Below, piece after piece: positions 57,033 to 64,000 of a DNA stretch of 64,000 bases (positions are counted from its first letter, which is position 1; the number at the start of each line of letters is the position of its first letter). Both the position numbers and the translations under genes were made by a program. A model generated the notes under the pieces. The model did no database searches, had not been told where the DNA came from, and saw only the letters and a program-made list of their open reading frames with translations. Source of the stretch: Dehalococcoidia bacterium (lineage in GTDB: Bacteria > Chloroflexota > Dehalococcoidia > Lucifugimonadales > UBA3495); the NCBI GenBank assembly GCA_965220505.1, contig CBDCQE010000001.1:1519144-1583143 (forward strand), read 5' to 3'.

Positions 57033-57806
57033 TTAGGACTCCAGCTTGACCGGGTTGCGCAGCACGCCGATGCCGCTGATGTCGATCTCGCAGATGGCGC
57101 CGTCGGCCATGTCGGACGTCGTGCCGGGGGTGCCGGTGAAGATGCAGTCGCCGGCCTCCAGGGTCACGTACTTGGTGATGAACTCGATCATGGTCGGCAC
57201 GTCAAAGATGAGGTGCGCCGTGGTCTCGTTCTGCTCCTCGTTGCCGTTGACGCGGGTGCGGAGGTGCTGAGCCGCCGGGTCGGCGTCGGTATCGATCCAG
57301 GGGCCCATGGGCGAGAAGGTGTCGGCGGACTTGGCGCGCCACCAGTCGGAGTTGTTCTCCCGGCGGTCCTTCTGCTGCCAGTCGCGGGCGCTGACGTCGT
57401 TGCCGCAGGTGTAGCCCAGCACGTGGTTCAGCGCGTCGTCTTTGGAGACGTTGCGGCACTTGTCCTTGATCACCACGACCATCTCGCCCTCGGCGTCGAA
57501 CCGCTGCACTTCCTTCGGGCGGACGATGGCGTCCTCAGGACCGATGACGCTGGTCGGGGTCTTGTGGAAAATCATGGGGTATTCGGGGGCCGGCCGGTCG
57601 CCGATGTGGCTGGTGTAGTTGAGGCCCATGGCCAGGATTTTGCCAGGCATCACCGGCGACAGCAGTTTCACGTCGGAGAGGGAGTGGATGTGGTCGGTCA
57701 ACTTGATCTCGGAGTCGAAGATGCTGCCGTCGATGGCGGTGACGTTGTCTCCGTCAACGACACCGTAATGCTCGGATCCGTGGGCGACGTAGCGGGCAAT
57801 TTTCAT
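57033..57806 (-). CDS. Fumarylacetoacetate hydrolase family protein
   Basis: GLNY, EGE, GYTCGNDVSARD, AKSADTF.PMGP, GD.IFTGTP. Confidence 0.93.
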   Translation of the reverse strand: MKIARYVAHGSEHYGVVDGDNVTAIDGSIFDSEIKLTDHIHSLSDVKLLSPVMPGKILAMGLNYTSHIGDRPAPEYPMIFHKTPTSVIGPEDAIVRPKEVQRFDAEGEMVVVIKDKCRNVSKDDALNHVLGYTCGNDVSARDWQQKDRRENNSDWWRAKSADTFSPMGPWIDTDADPAAQHLRTRVNGNEEQNETTAHLIFDVPTMIEFITKYVTLEAGDCIFTGTPGTTSDMADGAICEIDISGIGVLRNPVKLES

Positions 57807-57877
57807 GGCGGGGATGCCTCCGTTGCAATGTGGTGACCTTTTTGGCGTGCGTTATTGTACCAAACGCGGGCGGTCGC

Positions 57878-58912
57878 TCAGTGTTCGATGACCAGCTTGC
57901 CGTAGAAGTCCCGGTCGTGCATCACCTGGTGCGCCTCTCCCACGCCTTCCAACGGGAAGGTCTGGCCCACAATCCCGCGGAGCGCTCCCTGGTTCACCAT
58001 TTTCATGGCGTCGGCCATGGTGCGGCGGCTGCGCCCGCCGCTGCCCATCAGGTGCAACGGTTTGCCGTGCAGTATGGACAGGTCCATCGGCGTCTGGCTG
58101 CCCGAGGTTACGCCGGTAATCACCAGTCTCCCCTCGTGCTTCAGGCTCAGCATGTTCTCGTGCCACACGTCCGCGCCGACGCAGTCGTACACCACGTCCA
58201 CACCCTGGCCGTCGGTGAGTTCCTTCACGCGCTCGCTGACGCTGTCCACCTCGCGGTAGTTGATGACCTCGTCGGCACCCCACTTCTTCGCCTCTTCCAG
58301 TTTCCAGTCGTTGCCGGCGGTGGTGATCACGCGGCAACCCATCATCTTGGCAATCTGGATGCCCATGCTGCCGACGCCTGAGCCGGCGGCCTGAACCAGC
58401 ACGTCGTCCCAGGGCTGGATCTTCGCCTGGGTGACGAGGCAGTGCCACGACGTGTGCAGCGCGATGGGCAGCGCCGCCGCCTCTGCGAAGGACATTTCGT
58501 CGGGGATGGTGTAGGCGTTGATGGCCGGAGCGACCACGTACTCCGCGTGTCCGCCGTCCAGATCGACCCCGATGCGCTGCTGGCGGGCACACCACTGATC
58601 GTGTCCGGCGGCGCAGTGCTCGCACAGGTTATGTCCGCCGCACTTGACGCGGTTGTCCACCAGCACCCGGTCGCCCATCTGCAGATCGGTCCCGGAGTCG
58701 GGGCTGATTTGCACCACCTCGCCGGCGAAGTCGCAGCCGAGAATGTGAGGAAAGCGGCGCGCGTTGCCGGCCCGCAGGTTCAGGTCGAGGTGGTTCAGAG
58801 CGCTGCCGCCCACTCGGATCATTACCTCGCCGGGGCTGATCTCGGGGTCGGGACGGTCGCCGTGGATCAGCACGTCGGTGCCGCCGGTCTCGTTGATATA
58901 AACGGCTTTCAT
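57878..58912 (-). CDS. MDR-family zinc-binding dehydrogenase/quinone oxidoreductase-like
   Basis: ALNHLD, HILGCD.AG, structural-Zn cysteines, AAGSGVG, GKLV. Confidence 0.9.
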   Translation of the reverse strand: MKAVYINETGGTDVLIHGDRPDPEISPGEVMIRVGGSALNHLDLNLRAGNARRFPHILGCDFAGEVVQISPDSGTDLQMGDRVLVDNRVKCGGHNLCEHCAAGHDQWCARQQRIGVDLDGGHAEYVVAPAINAYTIPDEMSFAEAAALPIALHTSWHCLVTQAKIQPWDDVLVQAAGSGVGSMGIQIAKMMGCRVITTAGNDWKLEEAKKWGADEVINYREVDSVSERVKELTDGQGVDVVYDCVGADVWHENMLSLKHEGRLVITGVTSGSQTPMDLSILHGKPLHLMGSGGRSRRTMADAMKMVNQGALRGIVGQTFPLEGVGEAHQVMHDRDFYGKLVIEH

Positions 58913-59053
58913 GATGGGTTCCCTCCGAATGGCAATGGTAACGACGGCAGTGTAAAGGTGCTGGGATGCGCGGGCAAATGGGTGCTACAGTTGATTTGGG
59001 AGATCAGCGCCCGCTCGCCGTATCGACCGCCTGTACAGGAGTACCAACTAGTC

Positions 59054-59462
59054 ATGCAATTCATCACGGATCCTACCGACGAACAGGCAGCAGAGATTGA
59101 ACGAGGCTTGGACACGCACAGTGCGTCGGTAGCGTCAGCCCGCTCCCTCGCGCCGGTGCGGGCGGTCTACGCGGAATCGGGCCGGGTCGTGGCCGGGTTG
59201 GTCGGCTCCGCCTATTGGGGCAAACTGCACGTCCGCCTGCTGTGGGTGAACTCGGACTACCGGTCCAGAGGGCTGGGTCGGCGACTGATGGGTTGGGCGG
59301 AGGAACGCGCTCGCTATAGATATGGGATGCAACTCGGTAGTTGTCGATACGATGTCGTTCCAGGCTCCGGAGTTTTACGTCAAGCTGGGCTACCAGCAAA
59401 TCGGGCTGTCTGAAGGCTATGAGGGTGGGGAGAGCCGGCACTGCTTCGAAAAGAAGCTGTAG
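59054..59462 (+). pseudogene. GNAT acetyltransferase frameshifted by a 4-bp tandem duplication
   Basis: LLWV...YRSRGLGRRLM..AEERA, then CGCTCGCT (59308-59315); removing one CGCT restores IDMGCNSVVVDTMSFQAPEFYVKLGY...FEKKL-stop (134 aa). Confidence 0.85.
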
Positions 59463-59595
59463 TTGGCTTCGGCGGCATCTCCAGAGACAACCCGACGTTC
59501 GCGGCCCCGCAGCGGGACCGGAAACCCCACACAAATGCTGCTACAATCCCCAACATCCCGATCATCCATGCCCATTGTTCGCACGGAGGCTTCCC

Positions 59596-60648
59596 ATGCC
59601 CGTCTTCACCCCTGAATACCTGGAAAAGGCCGCCTACCACATTTACGTTGCCAAAGGCACGCCGCCCGAAGAGGCCGAGATCGTCGCCGCCCACCAGGTG
59701 AAGGCCAACCTGGTCGGCCACGACTCCCACGGCGTCATTCACATCCCCGAGTACTGCGAGCGTGTCGACCGAGGCCACATCGTCCCCGGCGCGCCATTCG
59801 AGGTGCTCAGCGAGACGCCCACTACCGCCGTGGTCGACGGCCACTGGGGATTCGGCTTTGTGGTCACGGAAAAGGCGACCCGCATGGCCATCGACAAGGC
59901 CAAGCAGAACGGGGTCGCAGCGTTCACGATTCGTCGCCAGAGCCACATCGGGCGCCTGGGCGACTACCCGACCATCTGCGCCCAGGAGGGCATGATCGCG
60001 ATCCTCACCGCCGACTCCGGCGCCGGACCCAAGGCGGTGGCGCCCTTCGGCGGACGGGCTCGTCGTCTGGGCACTAACCCAATCTGCATCGGCGTGCCCA
60101 GCAACCTGCCGGGCCAAGTTCTGCTGGACATGGCGACCTCCGCCGTCGCCGCCGGCAAGATCAGCCTGGCGCGCAACCGTGGCGAGCAGGTGCCCACCGG
60201 CTGGATCGTGGACAAGGACGGCAACCCCACCAACGACCCCAGCGACTATGCCGCTGGCGGCGCGATCCTCCCGGTGGGCGCCGACCAGGGGCACAAGGGA
60301 TTCGGACTGTCGTTCATGGTGGAGATGTTCTCCGGCCTGCTCACCGGCCTAGGGTTCGGTATCGACCCGCAGGCCCGCCACAACGACGGCTGCTTCCTAG
60401 CCGTGTTCGACGTTGCGAAGTTCCGCCCCTTGGAAGACTTCAAGCAGGAGATGACCGAGTTCGCCGAATTCGTGAAGACCTCCCCGCCAGCCCCGGGTTT
60501 CAGCGAGGTCTACTACCCCGGCGAGATCGAGTACCGAACCGAACTGCAGCGCCGCGAGAACGGCATCTTCATCGAGGACGAAACCTGGCGTCAGATATCC
60601 GACTTGATGGCCGAGGTCGGCGTGACCGAAGCCGTGGGGCAGCCGTGA
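59596..60648 (+). CDS. Ldh_2 family oxidoreductase (ComC/AllD-like)
   Basis: GHDSHG, DGHWGFG, SHIGRLG, LGTNP, LDMATS, HKGFGL, PGE.E; GGAGG RBS. Confidence 0.92.
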   Translation: MPVFTPEYLEKAAYHIYVAKGTPPEEAEIVAAHQVKANLVGHDSHGVIHIPEYCERVDRGHIVPGAPFEVLSETPTTAVVDGHWGFGFVVTEKATRMAIDKAKQNGVAAFTIRRQSHIGRLGDYPTICAQEGMIAILTADSGAGPKAVAPFGGRARRLGTNPICIGVPSNLPGQVLLDMATSAVAAGKISLARNRGEQVPTGWIVDKDGNPTNDPSDYAAGGAILPVGADQGHKGFGLSFMVEMFSGLLTGLGFGIDPQARHNDGCFLAVFDVAKFRPLEDFKQEMTEFAEFVKTSPPAPGFSEVYYPGEIEYRTELQRRENGIFIEDETWRQISDLMAEVGVTEAVGQP

Positions 60649-60683
60649 CACTGGCGATGCCCAACTGGGCGGCGGCTTGACGG

Positions 60684-61322
60684 CTAGATTGCATACGTTT
60701 CGTCATAAATCTCCCGGAGCCGCCGTCCGTTATAGGTCCAATACTGCAAGGTTGCAGGAGCCCCATCACTGTTTAGCAGTTCCCGGGTGATGGCTGACAG
60801 AAATCGCGGCTCTGGATCATCAGGCCGTTTCACCCGTCGCTCGTCAACTACAATGACCGTTACATCAGATTGGGTGAATTGCAGATCCGCTCCAACTGGA
60901 ATACCCATCTCCACAAAGTTGAAATTCGGACGCCGAGACGATTTCAATCTTTCACCAGCGGCGCGCGATTCAGCATCAACATTCTCCGCTACCTGTTGCG
61001 TAGCCGGTGTCACATCCTCTAACGCAATCAGTTTGAGCAGTGCTATCGCCTGTTCGGGCTCAATTCCGAAAAACTCCCTCTTGGGGTTGATGCGCTGGGG
61101 GCCGAAGGCAGTGTGCAAGGCTTTCTCCCAGCTGGTTTCATCCGAAACTTTTGCCGCAAAAGCGCACTCGAATGGCACCGGAACTCCCGTGCCATAAAGC
61201 TCTTGAAGGCGTTGGTCCAGTGAGTTCCGGGAGGTTTTTCCTATCTTGACCAAACCGGGCATTGCCGGGTTGGTGAGCACATAGACTATCCCGCTCTGGT
61301 CGGTCTCGATCGCAGAAGTCAC
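60684..61322 (-). CDS. GIY-YIG (T5orf172-like) domain protein
   Basis: GIVYVLTNPAMPGLVKIGKT...R..ELY.TGVPVPF.C, EKALH..F...RINPKREFF. Confidence 0.85.
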   Translation of the reverse strand: MTSAIETDQSGIVYVLTNPAMPGLVKIGKTSRNSLDQRLQELYGTGVPVPFECAFAAKVSDETSWEKALHTAFGPQRINPKREFFGIEPEQAIALLKLIALEDVTPATQQVAENVDAESRAAGERLKSSRRPNFNFVEMGIPVGADLQFTQSDVTVIVVDERRVKRPDDPEPRFLSAITRELLNSDGAPATLQYWTYNGRRLREIYDETYAI

Positions 61323-61382
61323 CTCTCAATCTCCCGTTCGCTGTACGCTGGATCCTGTTCATTATAAGGATTTTTCACTGCC

Positions 61383-62228
61383 ATGCCCCTTTCCGCCCTG
61401 GGCCTGCCGTCTGAGGTTCTGATCTGGCACGCCGCTCTGCTGGCCGTTATCTCGTTCCTCGTCGGCATTCTCGGCGGCTTCGTGGGCCTGGCCCTCGGCA
61501 CCATGCGCCTGCCGGCGATGCTGCTCCTGGGGATGCCTGCGCCGGCCGCCGGTGGGACGAACATTCTGGTCAGCAGCCTGGCATCCCTGGCCGGCACGAT
61601 ACGCCACCTGCGCGCCGGGCGGGTGAACCTGCGCATCGTATTGACCATGGGCGTGCCGGCGTTCATCGGCGCGTTCATCGGCGGCTGGTTCAGCGACGTC
61701 ACGCCGGAGCACCTGCTGATCGCGCTGGCGGGCGCGCTGGTTTTCTGGCAAGGCGTGGAGTTCCTCATCATCGCCCGGGACCGGATCCGGTCCGGTCAAT
61801 CCAGCGGGGCACTGTTCGGCCAGGGCCTGGAAGGATCACCGGGCTTGTTCACGCCGGGCCGCATGGCTGCTGAGGGCGGCATCGGCTTCGCGGTGGGTAT
61901 GCTGGGAGGCGCGGTGGGCCTGATCCTGGGGAGCATTCGGCTGCCCGCGCTGGTCCGCATCCTCCGGGTGGACCCACGCATCGCAGCCGGCACCAACCTG
62001 TTTATTGGGTTTGTGATGGGCGCGGCCGGCTGGGTGGGCCACGTAATCCACGGTCAGGTGGACTGGGTGATCCTGGCGCTGATGGGCCCGATGGCGATGA
62101 TCGGCAGTTACCTGGGTGCCAACCTGACCGGCAGGGTCAACCTGAACCTTCTGATCCTGGCCATGGGACTGACGCTGTTGGTGGTGGGCGTCCTGCTGGT
62201 CTGGCAGGGCATTGCCGGGCTGCTCTAA
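61383..62228 (+). CDS. TauE/SafE family (sulfite exporter-like) membrane protein
   Basis: Duplicated G.LGG.VGL.LG..RLPA...AAGTN halves; many hydrophobic helices. Confidence 0.85.
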   Translation: MPLSALGLPSEVLIWHAALLAVISFLVGILGGFVGLALGTMRLPAMLLLGMPAPAAGGTNILVSSLASLAGTIRHLRAGRVNLRIVLTMGVPAFIGAFIGGWFSDVTPEHLLIALAGALVFWQGVEFLIIARDRIRSGQSSGALFGQGLEGSPGLFTPGRMAAEGGIGFAVGMLGGAVGLILGSIRLPALVRILRVDPRIAAGTNLFIGFVMGAAGWVGHVIHGQVDWVILALMGPMAMIGSYLGANLTGRVNLNLLILAMGLTLLVVGVLLVWQGIAGLL

Positions 62229-62292
62229 GCACGCGCCAAAGCCACGACGCTGACCACCCGACCCGCAGGGCTAAGCGGCCCGAAGAGTAGCG

Positions 62293-63144
62293 TCAGAGGC
62301 CAGCGAAGAAGTCGGCGGGGACCACCTCACCGTCAGCCACCGGCGGTTCCGCGCGAATGAAGTGCTCCACGCCGATCACGGAGGCGGTAACTTCCCGGGG
62401 GATGCGCTCGTAGGGCCAGTCCGGCTGCAACTGCGTGAAGTGTCGCTTGATGCAGGCCATCTTGGCGTCCAGGCCATCGGATGCGTCCACGGTCAGGTTG
62501 ATGGTTTCGGGGTCCGCGCCGTCGTTGACGCGATCCGGAGACGGCATGGGGAAGTCTACGCCGGCCGCCTGTAGCGATTCCGCCATGTGCACGCGGAACC
62601 CGCGTGGCCGCACGCTGTAGAAAAGGCGGTCCGTCTGGTGCGGTTGAATGCCGATGGCCATGTGGTGCGGGAAGGAGGATGGGTCGGCGGCCAGCCGGAA
62701 GGCGGTGGTGGAATGCTGGCAAATGGCGATGTGGTCAGGGTGACCGTACAGGCCGTCCATACCGAAGGTGAGGATCACCTGAGGCCGGAACCGGCGGATT
62801 TCGAATACCAGGCGGGCCACCACCTCGTGCTCGTCCGCCTGCACAAAGGCTTTGGGATGAAAGTTGTCGTCCCAGCCCGCCATGCCGGAATCGCGGTACT
62901 GCAGCACTTCGTGGGACTCAATCCCCAGCTCTTTGATCGCCTCAGCCAGTTCACCACGCCGGACCTCTCCAATGGTCTCGCGGGTGGCGGAACCGGGCTG
63001 TCGGATTTCGCCGAGCTCTCCCGAGGTGGCGGTGATCAGCCGGGCGGTTACACCGCGCGCGGTGTGCATGGCAATGGTTCCGCCGACCGGGAAGGCCTCG
63101 TCGTCGGGGTGCGCGAACAGTATGAGGAGACGATGATCTGGCAT
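62293..63144 (-). CDS. PIG-L family deacetylase (MshB/Mca-like)
   Basis: FAHPDDE, ATSGELGE, YRDSGMAG, GLYGHPDHI, HFTQ. Confidence 0.9.
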   Translation of the reverse strand: MPDHRLLILFAHPDDEAFPVGGTIAMHTARGVTARLITATSGELGEIRQPGSATRETIGEVRRGELAEAIKELGIESHEVLQYRDSGMAGWDDNFHPKAFVQADEHEVVARLVFEIRRFRPQVILTFGMDGLYGHPDHIAICQHSTTAFRLAADPSSFPHHMAIGIQPHQTDRLFYSVRPRGFRVHMAESLQAAGVDFPMPSPDRVNDGADPETINLTVDASDGLDAKMACIKRHFTQLQPDWPYERIPREVTASVIGVEHFIRAEPPVADGEVVPADFFAGL

Positions 63145-63181
63145 AATCGTGTTTCGGTTTGCGGAGTCGGCGGTTGTTGCT

Positions 63182-63208
63182 TAGGGGCGAATGATCATTC
63201 GCCCCTAC
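63182..63208 (-). repeat. REP-like perfect palindrome (GTAG type)
   Basis: TAGGGGCGAATGATCATTCGCCCCTA plus C; reads GTAG-GGGCGAAT... on the minus strand. Confidence 0.7.
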
Positions 63209-63234
63209 GTGAACGCGGTTCGCGCAGCGACGAG

Positions 63235-63597
63235 CTAACCGTCAATCACCTCGAGGACTTCCAGGATGATGCCCTGGGGTCCCTCGAAGAACATGACGCG
63301 GCGGCCGCCGCCCACAGTGGTCTCCTCAAGTACCGTTGCGCCCCCGTTCTTCAGGTCGGCGATGGTACCGTCGATGTCCGTGGTGTCGATGGCAATGTGC
63401 TCGAAGCCATAGTTCTGCGGGTGGGTCTGCGTGGCCACGTGGTCGGTCACGTTCAGGGGCAGGCCGTGGAGGTCCAGCCGGAACCCGCCATTCGGGGTCT
63501 CGGCGGTGACCGTGGCGCCCAGGTTCTGGATGTACCAGTCTGCGGTAGCCTTGGGATCGGGGGTCTTGAGGTGAACGTGGTTCAGTGAGAATGCCAT
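63235..63597 (-). CDS. VOC/glyoxalase family protein
   Basis: NHVHLKTPDP..TADWY, GFEHIAI, GPQGIILEV; paralog of 36701-37090. Confidence 0.88.
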   Translation of the reverse strand: MAFSLNHVHLKTPDPKATADWYIQNLGATVTAETPNGGFRLDLHGLPLNVTDHVATQTHPQNYGFEHIAIDTTDIDGTIADLKNGGATVLEETTVGGGRRVMFFEGPQGIILEVLEVIDG

Positions 63598-63724
63598 GGC
63601 GATAGCCCTCCTACGAATGGTCCGCGGACCGAGTGCATGGGAGTGTTTCGCGGATTGTAACACAGGGTGCCGCCACGGCCGGCGATGATATACTTGCGCC
63701 GCAAATTACCCGGAGGAGAAATAG

Positions 63725-64000
63725 ATGCTGGCGTTTTTGGGAGGCACCGGACCGGAAGGCAAGGGATTGGCGCTGCGCCTGGCGATCGCTGGAGACGCGG
63801 TGGTCATAGGATCACGCGACGCCGGTCGGGCGCAGGAGGCCGCCGACGAGTTGCTGGCCCTGGCGCCAGGCGCCACCATCTCCGGAGCGGTGAACCCCGA
63901 GGCTGCGGCGCAATCCGATGTGGTGTTCCTGACCATGCCCTACAACGGCATGTCGCCAACCATTGCCGGCGTCGGCGACGCCCTGGACGGCAAGGTGGTG
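63725..64000 (+). CDS. npdG: NADPH-dependent F420 reductase (3' end lies outside the window)
   Basis: GGAGG RBS; MLAFLGGTGPEGKGLALRLA..G..VVIGSRD..RA; missing from the ORF track because no stop falls in the window. Confidence 0.85.
   Translation, partial: MLAFLGGTGPEGKGLALRLAIAGDAVVIGSRDAGRAQEAADELLALAPGATISGAVNPEAAAQSDVVFLTMPYNGMSPTIAGVGDALDGKVV

Noticed and set aside
58442-59413. 323-aa ORF that looks like a fusion ending in a GNAT domain
   Set aside because: The first part is antisense to the MDR dehydrogenase; the real gene starts at 59054 and is frameshifted

Overview
High-GC bacterial chromosomal window. Gene content suggests Chloroflexota, probably Dehalococcoidia/SAR202-like (inference from F420-dependent LLMs, npdG, many paralogous catabolic enzymes and a Pro/Thr-repeat lipoprotein). 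Housekeeping genes (mutL, rpmB, rpe, argH, uvrC, mgtE, rpiB, serS, lysS) are mixed with catabolic genes and many small toxin-antitoxin or nuclease cassettes. Main observations: (1) two genes read through an in-frame TGA followed by a SECIS-like hairpin: a UxxC ArsC/Spx-like protein and a signal-less PBP2-fold protein next to a ComD/ComE-like pair; (2) a dispersed three-subunit cobalt nitrile/thiocyanate-hydrolase-like gene set that encloses two fold-III PLP paralogs with complementary loss of motifs; (3) a complete 2,842-bp IS6-family element with terminal IRs, an 8-bp target duplication and passenger genes, including an alternative-pairing RBS switch; (4) a LexA-box promoter ahead of an SplB-like radical SAM gene; (5) GTAG-type REP palindromes, a frameshifted GNAT gene and a structured intergenic element upstream of lysS. 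No rRNA, tRNA or CRISPR array was seen. All family calls come from motif recognition by eye, not from database searches.
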